The notes under the pieces were generated by a model, which searched no databases, was not told the origin of the DNA, and was given only the letters and a program-made list of their open reading frames with translations. From Bacillota bacterium (GTDB lineage Bacteria; Bacillota; Bacilli; Paenibacillales; UBA4045): a DNA stretch of 64,000 bases. Positions 45,098 to 54,663 of the stretch are shown here, one piece after another. The stretch lies in assembly GCA_023441055.1 (NCBI GenBank), contig JAEZQY010000018.1, positions 8,164-72,163 on the forward strand. The letters run 5' to 3'. Numbering within the stretch: the first letter of the stretch is position 1; the number at the start of each line of letters is the position of its first letter. The position numbers were made by a program, and so were the translations under genes.

Positions 45098-46243
45098 ATG
45101 AGTCGAAAAAAGATAATGGTAGCGAGTGCAGCTGTGATCGTGCTATGCCTTGTGGTTGTCAGTCTGTATATGCGCTCCATTCAGACGGAATCCATGGACT
45201 GGTCCGAAAGGGCGGAGATGGCGCAGGAGGAGCTGCGAGCTTCATTCTGGGATGAGCGACGATTACTGTTTAACAATGCATCGCCTTGTATGCTCCAGCT
45301 ATGCACGGATCCCTTCCATTATTGGTGGCAGGCCCACGGATTGGATGTACTGGTTGACGCGTATGAACGAACCGAGCATCCCGAATACAGAGAACGGATT
45401 GCTTCGATGTATCAAGGAGTTCTAAATCGGAATGCAGGCGTATTCCCTAACCTGTACTACGATGATATGGAATGGATGGCATTGGCGTGGCTGAGAGCGT
45501 ATGACGCGACCGGCGAAGCGGATTACAAGGATGCGGCGCTGACGCTGTGGGCGGATATCTTGACTGGCTGGAACGAATCGATGGGCGGCGGTATCGCTTG
45601 GCGCAAGGAGCAGTTGGACTATAAGAATACGCCTGCGAATGCTCCGGCTGTCATTCTGGCTGCCAGGCTGTACCAGCGCTTCGGCGACCCTGCTGACTTG
45701 GAGTGGGCGATCAATATTTATGATTGGCAGAAGAAAACTTTGGTCGATCCGGAGTCCGGTCTCGTATGGGACGGGATCAATCGGCAAGGCGATGGAGAGA
45801 TCGATAAGGACTGGATCTTCACTTACGGACAGGGCGTCTACATCGGAGCGGGACTCGAGCTTTACCGAGTGACAGACGACAAGTCTTATCTCGAGGACGC
45901 AGCCAGAACCGCTGCTATCATCGAGCATGAGCTGGCCAGCCCCTTCACCGGCATGCTGCCCTCAGAGGGCGGGGATGACGGCGCGCTATTCAAGGGCATT
46001 CTGGTGCGATACCTAGGTGAATTGATCAAGGAAGACCCGGAACGATTCCGCGACTTGACGGAGCTTATGGTGAGTAACGGCGAGAGTCTGTGGGAGTATG
46101 GCAAGCATGCCGAGAAGGCGCTGTTCAGCAATTCATGGGCGCAGACGCCCGATGATGTCGTACAATTGAGCACACAACTAAGTGCGGTTATGCTGCTGGA
46201 GCAGCTAGCCAGCTTCGAGCGGATCGGTGTATTAGTCGAATAG
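45098..46243 (+). CDS. glycoside hydrolase family 76 (endo-alpha-1,6-mannanase), membrane-anchored/secreted copy
   Basis: The N-terminal TM/signal segment is 'IMVASAAVIVLCLVVVSLY'. GH76 motifs include 'YYDDMEWMALAWLRAYDATG' and 'GGGIAWRKEQLDYKNTPANAPAVILAARLY'. Confidence 0.8.
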   Translation: MSRKKIMVASAAVIVLCLVVVSLYMRSIQTESMDWSERAEMAQEELRASFWDERRLLFNNASPCMLQLCTDPFHYWWQAHGLDVLVDAYERTEHPEYRERIASMYQGVLNRNAGVFPNLYYDDMEWMALAWLRAYDATGEADYKDAALTLWADILTGWNESMGGGIAWRKEQLDYKNTPANAPAVILAARLYQRFGDPADLEWAINIYDWQKKTLVDPESGLVWDGINRQGDGEIDKDWIFTYGQGVYIGAGLELYRVTDDKSYLEDAARTAAIIEHELASPFTGMLPSEGGDDGALFKGILVRYLGELIKEDPERFRDLTELMVSNGESLWEYGKHAEKALFSNSWAQTPDDVVQLSTQLSAVMLLEQLASFERIGVLVE

Positions 46244-46263
46244 ACAGAGAAGAAGGTGAGACC

Positions 46264-47328
46264 GTGGAGATCATGGATAGCAGAATTCAGAGCTGGGCAG
46301 AGAGTGCGGAGGAAGCACAACGCACATTGGATGCGAGATACTGGAATCCTTCGCTGAATATGTACGATATCTTAACGCCTTGTCCGAACGGTGACTGTAA
46401 TACGATCTTTCACTATTGGTGGATGGCGCATGCAGTCGAGGCTTTGACGGATGGTTGGGAGCGAACGAGGGATATATTTTACAAGGAGAGGCTTTCTCAG
46501 CTGTATCGCGGATTGCTAGCCAGGAATGACGGCGAATGGCCCAATGCGCTGTACGATGATATGGAATGGATGGCGCTGGCGTGGTTACGGGCGTATGAAG
46601 CGATTGGCGATGAAGCCTATAAGGAAGCGGCGCTCGTGTTGTGGGCGGACATCAAGACGGGTTGGAATGAGCATATGGGCGGGGGCATTGCCTGGCAGAA
46701 ATCCCAGCTGGATTACAAGAATACACCAGCCAATGCGCCTGCGGTTATCCTTGCCGCGCGTCTATACCGCGCATTCGGGGACCAGGATAATCTGCGATGG
46801 GCTAACAAGATCTTCGAATGGCAGAAGCAGACGCTGGTCGATCCGGTCACGGGGTTCGTATGGGACGGGGTTAATCGGCAAGGGGATGGCGTGATTGATA
46901 AGGATTGGAAGTTTACGTACTGCCAAGGCGTGTACATCGGAGCCGCTGTGGAAATGTTCCGTGCAACGGGGGAGCAGGTGTATCTGACAGAAGCAGCCCG
47001 CACATGGGAGGCAGCGCTGGACGAGCTTACGTCGCCAGAGAGTGGGCTGTTCCCAGCGGAAGGACAAGGGGACGGGGGGCTGTTCAAGGGAATATTCGCC
47101 CGTTATGCTGCACAACTTGCCCTTGCCCTTGCGAATAAGGAAGGGGAAGCAATCACAGCGGTGTTGTTGAACAATGCCGCAACGATGTGGAGGTCCGGGC
47201 GCAGCCCGAGGACGGCACTCTTCGGTGCGCATTGGGATCAGCAGCCGAGCGAACCCGTGGACTTGAGTACCCAGTTATGTGGCGTCATTCTACTAGAGGC
47301 GGCGGCGTTGTTGGAAAATAAAGCTTGA
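46264..47328 (+). CDS. glycoside hydrolase family 76, cytoplasmic paralogue
   Basis: It has the same GH76 motifs ('LYDDMEWMALAWLRAYEAIG', 'GGGIAWQKSQLDYKNTPANAPAVILAARLY') but no signal sequence. It is a tandem duplicate of the preceding gene. Confidence 0.8.
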   Translation: MEIMDSRIQSWAESAEEAQRTLDARYWNPSLNMYDILTPCPNGDCNTIFHYWWMAHAVEALTDGWERTRDIFYKERLSQLYRGLLARNDGEWPNALYDDMEWMALAWLRAYEAIGDEAYKEAALVLWADIKTGWNEHMGGGIAWQKSQLDYKNTPANAPAVILAARLYRAFGDQDNLRWANKIFEWQKQTLVDPVTGFVWDGVNRQGDGVIDKDWKFTYCQGVYIGAAVEMFRATGEQVYLTEAARTWEAALDELTSPESGLFPAEGQGDGGLFKGIFARYAAQLALALANKEGEAITAVLLNNAATMWRSGRSPRTALFGAHWDQQPSEPVDLSTQLCGVILLEAAALLENKA

Positions 47329-47333
47329 AAAAC

Positions 47334-47370
47334 GAGAACGTTCTCTTTATTATAAAAGAGAACGTTCTTG
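47334..47370. promoter_or_regulatory. twin palindromes GAGAACGTTCTC / AGAACGTTCT (candidate TetR operators, also hairpin-forming)
   Basis: Two copies of a self-complementary GAACGTTC core, 14 nt apart, between the GH76 stop and the TetR gene start. Confidence 0.5.
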
Positions 47371-47392
47371 TTTTTCAAGGAGGGACTATTTT

Positions 47393-48016
47393 ATGCCAAA
47401 AATAACAGAAGAGAAAAAAGATGAAATCCGAATGTCCATCTTACATACAGCAAGAAAGGTCTTCATTGAGAAGGGGTATGAAGCAGCCTCAATGAAGGAT
47501 ATTGTCACTAGCTCAGGGAGGAGCTTCGGAGGGGTATATCTGTACTTCGCGAACAAGGAAGATGTATTCCTTGAATTGCTTCGTCAACAGTTTGAGATTA
47601 TGGGCTCGCAGCTAGAATCTAGGGTACAGAATAGCGCGTGGAGCGCATTCGTTCATTTCATTGGCGAACAGGAGATCCGGGTTAGAGAGGTGGAGAATGG
47701 ACTAGCCGCTTGTATGTACGAATACTTTATCGTAGGGCGTAGAGAGGAGAGCCGACGCAAGTTGATCGAGGAACGCTATCAGGCGGTGTACGGAAGTGTA
47801 TTAGCTCTAATAAATGATGGCATACAGAGAGAGGAATTTCGCCTGTCACAGCCAGTGGATACGTTTGTTCATTGGCTCATCTCATCCTTAGATGGCATTT
47901 TTCTGGAGAGTATGATCAATGGCTTTGACAATATAGACGCAGCTAAACAATTCGAATTTCTGAAGACGGTTTGCAGATCCATACTGATGGCCAATGAAAG
48001 GGAGGAGAACGTATGA
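47393..48016 (+). CDS. TetR/AcrR family transcriptional regulator
   Basis: 'ILHTARKVFIEKGYEAASMKDIVTSSGRSFGGVYLYFANKEDVF' is the TetR_N HTH. Confidence 0.9.
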   Translation: MPKITEEKKDEIRMSILHTARKVFIEKGYEAASMKDIVTSSGRSFGGVYLYFANKEDVFLELLRQQFEIMGSQLESRVQNSAWSAFVHFIGEQEIRVREVENGLAACMYEYFIVGRREESRRKLIEERYQAVYGSVLALINDGIQREEFRLSQPVDTFVHWLISSLDGIFLESMINGFDNIDAAKQFEFLKTVCRSILMANEREENV

Positions 48017-48897
48017 ATAACGCGGCACAGCAAGTGATACCCATATTTAAAAATGAAGCAGGTGTCCAAAGATTTAACCAAACGTATGATCAGTTGATGT
48101 CACTTTGGCCTTGCCCGTATGAGACAATCGAGATCCGTACGGAATTTGGTTTATGTCATGTCATTGTGAGCGGACCTGAAGACGGGGAAGCCGTGCTCAT
48201 GTTCCATGGGATGACTAGCAACTCAGCGATGTGGTACCCGACGGTGGAGGCGCTGCAACATTGCCGCGTGTATTGTGTAGATACGCCTGGAGACTTCGGC
48301 AAGAGTAAGGTGACGAAGCAGATACGCACAGCTGAAGATGCTGTTCAATGGATGGATCAAGTGATGGATGCGTTAGGGCTTGTGAAGGCGATCTTCATCG
48401 GTCATTCTATGGGCGGATGGCTATGCTCCAACTATGCTGCTAAGCGGCCAGAGCGAATTGAGCGCTTGGTGCTGCTTGCTCCTGTGGCGACATTCCTGCC
48501 GATCCCATTCCTGAAGTTTCTATATAAAATATATCCAGCAATGCTGTGGCCGAGGCCAGCTCGAATACGTAAGGCGTGGGATTGGTTCTGCAGGGAAGGC
48601 TACTCCTTGCCTGCGCCTGTGATGGATCTAGTCATCGCGGCTTATACATTCGGTCGTTCACAGCTTCCTGTTGTTCCTCTTGTTCTAGAGAAGCAGGCAT
48701 GGAGCGGGTTGACCGCCCCTGTCCTATTTCTTGTCGGGGATGAAGAGAAAATATACGATGCAGCAAGAGTAATGGACGTTGTCAGAGAGACGATTCCCCA
48801 TGCAGAGGTCGCTCTGATTAGCGGTGCTGGGCACTGTCTCATTCTGGAGCAGCAAGCTTCGGTTAACGAAGCGATTCAGAGATTTATTGCTCAGTGA
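48013..48897 (+). CDS. alpha/beta hydrolase
   Basis: 'LMFHGMTSNSAMW', the nucleophile elbow 'GHSMGG' and a C-terminal 'GAGHCL'. ATGA overlap with the TetR gene. Confidence 0.85.
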   Translation: MNNAAQQVIPIFKNEAGVQRFNQTYDQLMSLWPCPYETIEIRTEFGLCHVIVSGPEDGEAVLMFHGMTSNSAMWYPTVEALQHCRVYCVDTPGDFGKSKVTKQIRTAEDAVQWMDQVMDALGLVKAIFIGHSMGGWLCSNYAAKRPERIERLVLLAPVATFLPIPFLKFLYKIYPAMLWPRPARIRKAWDWFCREGYSLPAPVMDLVIAAYTFGRSQLPVVPLVLEKQAWSGLTAPVLFLVGDEEKIYDAARVMDVVRETIPHAEVALISGAGHCLILEQQASVNEAIQRFIAQ

Positions 48898-50404
48898 TCG
48901 CTCTAGGAAGTCGTAAGGATGACAGCAACGATAATACCGCAAGGACAATCAGCACGAGGAAGATGGGCTGCATCCCCATGGCAAGCACCTGCCTAAGTAA
49001 GTGAATGCTGGAATCCGACAGCTCCGATAAGGCAGCGGAATGGAATAAGTCATCCATGCTCAGCCCGACAGCCTCGGATTCTGTCCTCTGACCAAGTAGT
49101 ACGGCGACCTTGCTGGATAACATGACGCCTAGCGTGGAAATCCCGATAGCCTGTCCCATCTGGCGCATTAAATTGTTGGACGCGATTGCGCGTCCCCGTT
49201 CCTGCCATTGTACGGAGGATTGAACCGATACGATATGTACGGTGAAGGTAACGCCGAATCCGAACCCCATGATCGTAAGCAGCCCGACTAGGATACCAAG
49301 CGACATACGCAGGTCCTGGAAAATCAATCCGAATGAAGCGATTGCGATCATTATGTGGCCGAGCAGCGAAACGGTACGCATGCCGAATCGCTTGATGAGC
49401 ATCCCTGATGCTCCGGCACTGATCGGCCAAGCAACAGACATCGCCAGAAGTATCAATCCCGAGCCGACCGCGCCGATTCCATGAATTCCCTGCACCCATA
49501 GCGGGATGTAGAAATTGATCGCGACTAAGATGCCATTGAGGAGAAAGTCAGCCGTATTCGGTACGAGAATCGCCGGATTGCGCATAAACCGCAATGGAAT
49601 TAGCGGAGACTGCGAGCGATTGTCGATACGTAGGAATAATAGGAAGCAGATGAACGCAGCGGACAGATAGATCGAGCGCGGTATCGAAGTCCAGCTTGCA
49701 GTGTCGACGTCTGTACCAGCTCCATTCAATCCATACATGAAGCAAGCAATCGCCATAACGAATAATACGATGCTGGGAATGCTAATCGAATGCTGTTGCT
49801 TTCTCTCCGATTCGAAGAAGAACCGCCACATCAAGACGATAGCCAGCAGGCCAATCGGGATGCCCGCGAAGAAGATCCACCGCCAAGATACATAATCGAC
49901 GATCAGGCCGCCGGTGAACGGACTGATCACAGCCGATGCCCCCCAGACCGTACTGATCCAGCCCTGTGCACGAGCGCGAAGCTCAAAGGGATAAATATCC
50001 GCCACGATCGTGAACGTAATCGGTACAATAAAACCCGAGCCTAATCCTTGCAAGGCGCGGAAGAAGATAAGCTGCCCCATAGAGTCGGCAAACCCGCATA
50101 ACAGAGTGCCGAATAAGAATAGCCCGATTCCGATAAGGAGCACCGGCTTGCGGCCGAATCGGTCGGCCAGATTGCCTGAGATTGGGGTAACGATCGCTGT
50201 CGTTAATAAATAGATCGACACAACCCAGCTCATGCTGTCCCATCCGCCCAGCTCACCTACGATTACTGGCAGGGCCGTGTTCAGCACCGTCCCTTCGATC
50301 GCAGTTAGGAAGGTCACGAGCAGGATCGCCGCCATCACCCAACGACGCTTTGTCGTTCTGGGCTCGAGCGGTACAATGAATGACACCCGTTGCGAAGCTC
50401 TCAT
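48884..50404 (-). CDS. MFS transporter (14-TM DHA2/EmrB-like)
   Basis: About 14 hydrophobic segments. Motif A is 'GNLADRFGRKPVLLIG'. The start overlaps the upstream GDPD stop (ATGA). Confidence 0.9.
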   Translation of the reverse strand: MRASQRVSFIVPLEPRTTKRRWVMAAILLVTFLTAIEGTVLNTALPVIVGELGGWDSMSWVVSIYLLTTAIVTPISGNLADRFGRKPVLLIGIGLFLFGTLLCGFADSMGQLIFFRALQGLGSGFIVPITFTIVADIYPFELRARAQGWISTVWGASAVISPFTGGLIVDYVSWRWIFFAGIPIGLLAIVLMWRFFFESERKQQHSISIPSIVLFVMAIACFMYGLNGAGTDVDTASWTSIPRSIYLSAAFICFLLFLRIDNRSQSPLIPLRFMRNPAILVPNTADFLLNGILVAINFYIPLWVQGIHGIGAVGSGLILLAMSVAWPISAGASGMLIKRFGMRTVSLLGHIMIAIASFGLIFQDLRMSLGILVGLLTIMGFGFGVTFTVHIVSVQSSVQWQERGRAIASNNLMRQMGQAIGISTLGVMLSSKVAVLLGQRTESEAVGLSMDDLFHSAALSELSDSSIHLLRQVLAMGMQPIFLVLIVLAVLSLLSSLRLPRAITEQ

Positions 50405-51144
50405 CTAAAACGCTGCAATAACGTATGCATTCTCCCAGGGAAATCGGTGATTAGACCGCTCGCGCCAGCTTGCAGGAGGGACTGCATGACATCCGGCTTG
50501 TTAACGGTGTAAGGGTACACCCGAATCCCTGCTTGTACCGCCTGACGAATCTCGTCTAGGCCGATCAATTGGTGATGGGGATGCAGGGAGAACAACCCAT
50601 CGCCGAATAATTTGGCAAATGCGATATGATCGACTACATCAGCTGTATAACCGACCCCAACGCGGATTTCAGGAATCAGCCTTTTCATCTTGGCCAGCTT
50701 CTTATGCTGGAAGGATGATAAGAATACCGATTCAACCCGATCCCACCGGACCAGCAAATCAACTAAGCGTTCTTCTAATTGCTCCGCCATGCCCTTTAAT
50801 TCGATATTAATGATCGTGCTGGCCGGCAGCTTGGCGAACACTTCCTCGAGTGAAGGCACCCGCTCACCCTCGAATCGTTCATGAAACCATAACCCCGCAT
50901 CGACCTGCTGGATTTCCTTCCATGTCAGATCGGTAATAACGCCCTTACCTGTCGTGGTTCGATCCAGCGTATCATCATGGAACACAATCAGCTCGCCATC
51001 CTTCGATAATACCGCATCTAATTCGATGGCATGAGCTCCTTGCTCGACAGCGAGCAAGAACGAAGCAATGGTATTCTCAGGGGCCTCTCCAGCAGCTCCC
51101 CGATGTCCAATAATCATTGGGTTTGGAAACTCTAGCATAGTCAT
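50401..51144 (-). CDS. glycerophosphodiester phosphodiesterase
   Basis: 'IIGHRGAAGEAPENT', 'IELDAVLSKDGELIVFHDDTLDRTT' and 'INIELK' are GDPD motifs. Start chosen at the ATG at 51144, behind AAGGAGAG. Confidence 0.9.
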   Translation of the reverse strand: MTMLEFPNPMIIGHRGAAGEAPENTIASFLLAVEQGAHAIELDAVLSKDGELIVFHDDTLDRTTTGKGVITDLTWKEIQQVDAGLWFHERFEGERVPSLEEVFAKLPASTIINIELKGMAEQLEERLVDLLVRWDRVESVFLSSFQHKKLAKMKRLIPEIRVGVGYTADVVDHIAFAKLFGDGLFSLHPHHQLIGLDEIRQAVQAGIRVYPYTVNKPDVMQSLLQAGASGLITDFPGRMHTLLQRFR

Positions 51145-51314
51145 CTTCTCTCCTTTACAACTGAATGTACAAGAGCGGACTTTTATCTCGCAATAATCTC
51201 TTATCATTTTTCCTGCGAATAAAGATAAGTGTCCACGATTAAAGATAAAGATTGAAATAATTTTGAACTCTTGCTATCGTTATGTTCACTTACTTCGAGA
51301 GAGTGGTGGACATA

Positions 51315-53576
51315 ATGAAGCGAAAACTGCGAACTTGGCGAATGGGGACGAGGAAGAAACTAGTAGTCATATGGCTGGGCGTCAGCATCATCATCATCTG
51401 TATCATGTTTCTGAGCTTGTATGGAATCGCGAGGAAGAGCGAGCAAGAGCGCACCGCATATCTCAACCAATTGGATCTGCTGTACTTACATAACCAGCTC
51501 GATGCCACTCTTAACTCCCTAAATATGGTAGCGGTCAACCTGTCCGCTAATGAGCGTCTGTCCAACACGATCCCGAATCAGGATGATCGGAATACAACAC
51601 TCGCACTGCAGCAAATTAGAGAAATTGTGCAGGCTTACAAGCATCACACACCGATTCCGTTCGATGTGACAATCATTAGTCGCGAGCGGCAGCTGGCGTT
51701 CACACAATCGGGGAAGCCGTTCTCCTACTTCAATGACATATTGAAGAGAGAGGTTCCAAGAGATGATCAGTTTCTGTTAACAAGCCCATCTCCTTATTCG
51801 GAACGTAATGAGCTGCTGCTGTTTCGTTCGTTGCCACTGGGTTCGTTCTACCTGGATGGTGTATTGGTGCTGCATATTGACCTGTCCGAAATTAAGCGAT
51901 TGATCGAAACTTGGAAGTATGCGCCTCAGCAATCCGTATGGCTGCTGGATCACAAGGGCCGAACGGTAATCGGAACGACGGACGAGTCGAAGGATCCGCT
52001 GCTGCAGCCGGGCTCGGTCTTATATCCATTCTGGAATGAGCCCGGCAACAAGGGCACGGTTCAGTTTCATGATAAGACATATCTGGTTAATTCCGTCCTA
52101 CTGCCTTCTAGTGGATATACGCTAGTCATTCTGAGTCCGATGAACGGATTTGAGGTGATCCTGAGTCCAATCTGGCTAAGTGCTGCTGCGGTAGCTTCGG
52201 GGGCAGCAGTGTTGTTAATCGTAATCGCCTACTTCTATGGGCGCGGGCTTCGCCGCCCGCTGGTCGAGCTGATTCGCAAGTATAGGCTTTCAGATTCCTC
52301 GCAGAGGGATGAGCACTTCATCCTCGACCGTTTTATCGCGCAATTGGTCGGTGATCACAACGAGCTGCAGAGCCAGCTGGATGGTTTTATTCCGGACTTA
52401 AAGCTGAGTACGTTCCAGCATTTACTGTGGGGGGAACTGCCAGAGGCTGAGCTCGTAGAGCGGGTAAAGCGATTGAAGCTTCCATTAACTGGGGATTTAT
52501 TCTATATTGGTGTCGTTACAATCGATGATTACATTCAGTTTCTTGAGCGCTTTCCTGTTAAGAATGAACAGGTGCTTATTCATCACAACTTGCGCAGAGT
52601 GGGGATGGATGTATTCGGAGAGATGGTCGATTGCATATCCTATACGCCAAGACACGGCTTGATCGTACTCATGATCGGTATGAACAGAACAATGGAAAAC
52701 CGCGACAAGGTCATGGCCGCGCTCGCTGATAAATACCGTGACAAGGTTCAGGAGCAATTCCCATTCACAGTCAGCATCGCGATTAGCCGGGGGCGCCCAG
52801 GCTATGCCAGCATGTCGACAAGCTACCAAGAAGCGTCATCCTTGCTCAACTATAAGGTGATTCTCGGCGATAACGTGACGGTGTCCGACCTCGATATCGG
52901 ATCAACGTTCAAGAAACCTACAAGAGAAATAAGCAGCAAGCAGAAGTTAATCGTTCGACTTGTCGTACAGGGTGATCTGGATGGCGCTGCGAGGGAATTG
53001 GACGAGCTCTGTATGGCGATCATGCAGCATTCGTATAAATCCGAATCCATGTTAGGCATTTTCTCTTACTTGCTAGGCGAACTGGAGTACCTATTGCATG
53101 AGATGGATGTCAACATTCACGACCTGTTCCCAGAGGACATCTACTCGACCCTCTACAACAAATCTACTTCCACAGGCGTGAAGGTTTGGCTATCGGAGTC
53201 CGTCTTCCCGACCATCAAGGCGAGTTTAGAGAATGACCTTGATTCCAAGCATAAGCATGTGGTGCATAAAGTGATGTATTATCTACACGACAATTACGAT
53301 ACGGATCTCACTTTACAGCATGTTGCTGATCAATTTGACTTGTCTACCTACCAGCTCAGTCGAATTTTTAAGGAGACAACGGACCAGACATTCAGCGACT
53401 ATCTGATCTCCTACCGGATGAAGAAGGCGATGGAGCTATTGGAGAGTACCGACACTTCAATTAAAGATATTGCTGACAAAATGCGCTATACGAATGTACA
53501 AAACTTCTCTCGAATCTTCAAACAAATAACCGGAGTTCCTCCAGGGGAGTACCGCAAGCAATCGCGTGAATCCTAA
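51315..53576 (+). CDS. membrane-anchored AraC-family one-component regulator (2 TM + extracytoplasmic sensor + AraC HTH)
   Basis: TM1 is 'LVVIWLGVSIIIICIMFLSLY' and TM2 is 'IWLSAAAVASGAAVLLIVIAYFY'. The C-terminal AraC HTH is 'LTLQHVADQFDLSTYQLSRIFKE...IKDIADKMRYTNVQNFSRIFKQITGVPPGEYR'. There is no receiver domain. Confidence 0.8.
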   Translation: MKRKLRTWRMGTRKKLVVIWLGVSIIIICIMFLSLYGIARKSEQERTAYLNQLDLLYLHNQLDATLNSLNMVAVNLSANERLSNTIPNQDDRNTTLALQQIREIVQAYKHHTPIPFDVTIISRERQLAFTQSGKPFSYFNDILKREVPRDDQFLLTSPSPYSERNELLLFRSLPLGSFYLDGVLVLHIDLSEIKRLIETWKYAPQQSVWLLDHKGRTVIGTTDESKDPLLQPGSVLYPFWNEPGNKGTVQFHDKTYLVNSVLLPSSGYTLVILSPMNGFEVILSPIWLSAAAVASGAAVLLIVIAYFYGRGLRRPLVELIRKYRLSDSSQRDEHFILDRFIAQLVGDHNELQSQLDGFIPDLKLSTFQHLLWGELPEAELVERVKRLKLPLTGDLFYIGVVTIDDYIQFLERFPVKNEQVLIHHNLRRVGMDVFGEMVDCISYTPRHGLIVLMIGMNRTMENRDKVMAALADKYRDKVQEQFPFTVSIAISRGRPGYASMSTSYQEASSLLNYKVILGDNVTVSDLDIGSTFKKPTREISSKQKLIVRLVVQGDLDGAARELDELCMAIMQHSYKSESMLGIFSYLLGELEYLLHEMDVNIHDLFPEDIYSTLYNKSTSTGVKVWLSESVFPTIKASLENDLDSKHKHVVHKVMYYLHDNYDTDLTLQHVADQFDLSTYQLSRIFKETTDQTFSDYLISYRMKKAMELLESTDTSIKDIADKMRYTNVQNFSRIFKQITGVPPGEYRKQSRES

Positions 53577-53775
53577 CATTCCGACTAGTGGGTTATCCTT
53601 TTTTGTACTCGGTTTATCTTTAACCGCATCCCTCGCAATAAGTGATTATTGTCATATAAGTGCATCCCGGGCTATCGTTTGGGGCGAGTCCTAAATATGA
53701 GTTGGAGGAGGGTAGTGACTAGCCCTGAATATCTTCTAGCCAATTGTCATTACATCACAGGGGGGTGCACGGTTT

Positions 53776-54663
53776 TTGTCATTGCGGAAACAGAAATGGA
53801 GAGAATCGCTTTACGCTTATGTGTTTTTACTTCCTTCCCTAATCCTGTTCGGCATATTTATTTTCTATCCGATGCTGCGCTCGATTTACTTTAGCTTGCA
53901 CTTGACGAATCCGCGCGGGAAAATCGCCATGTTTGTGGGGTTTGAGAATTTTGTGGATCTCTTCTCACAACCACAATTTTACGGCAGCTTGAAAGTCACC
54001 TTCTTATTCATGTTATTTACTGTACCGACATGTATTGCAATATCCGTTATTATGGCAGCGTTTTCAGGCGGCAAGCAGCGCGGTATGAAAGCCTTCCAGT
54101 GGATTTTTTCCCTGCCGGTTGTTGTATCGGTTGCAACAGGGTCCACTATCTGGCTGTTATTGTACCATCCGAGCATCGGCATGTTTAACTACTTTCTGAG
54201 CTTGCTTGGCTTTGATCCGGTGTTCTGGCTGTCGGATAAAGATTGGGCGTTGATTTCGGTCTCGCTCGTCACCATCTGGATGAATATCGGCTTCGCTTAT
54301 ATCGTCGTACTTGGTGGAATGAAGGGAATCAGTCATGACATCTATGAGAGTGCGATGATTGATGGTTCAGGACCGACTCACTCGTTCTTCCGCATTACAT
54401 TGCCTTTATTGTCGCCGACCTTCTTCTTCCTGACGATCGTCTCGATCATCGGTTCCTTCCAGGCATTCGGGCAAATCTATATTCTAACCCGGGGAGGACC
54501 TTCCCGTTCGACCGATGTAATCGTATTCGACATTTATCAGGAAGCGTTTATTAACTTCCAATTTGGCACCGCCAGTGCGAAGGCGCTCGTGTTGTTTGGG
54601 ATGATCTTGCTGCTGACAATCGTGCAATTTCGATTTGCAGAGAAGAAGGTGCATTATCAATGA
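53776..54663 (+). CDS. sugar/glycerophosphodiester-type ABC transporter permease
   Basis: Six TM segments. The EAA loop is 'ESAMIDGSGPTHSFFRITLPLLSP'. The start is TTG. Confidence 0.9.
   Translation: MSLRKQKWRESLYAYVFLLPSLILFGIFIFYPMLRSIYFSLHLTNPRGKIAMFVGFENFVDLFSQPQFYGSLKVTFLFMLFTVPTCIAISVIMAAFSGGKQRGMKAFQWIFSLPVVVSVATGSTIWLLLYHPSIGMFNYFLSLLGFDPVFWLSDKDWALISVSLVTIWMNIGFAYIVVLGGMKGISHDIYESAMIDGSGPTHSFFRITLPLLSPTFFFLTIVSIIGSFQAFGQIYILTRGGPSRSTDVIVFDIYQEAFINFQFGTASAKALVLFGMILLLTIVQFRFAEKKVHYQ

Noticed and set aside
53649-53894. 81-aa ORF upstream of and overlapping the first permease gene.
   Set aside because: It has no RBS and an odd composition. It overlaps the well-supported permease start region in another frame.
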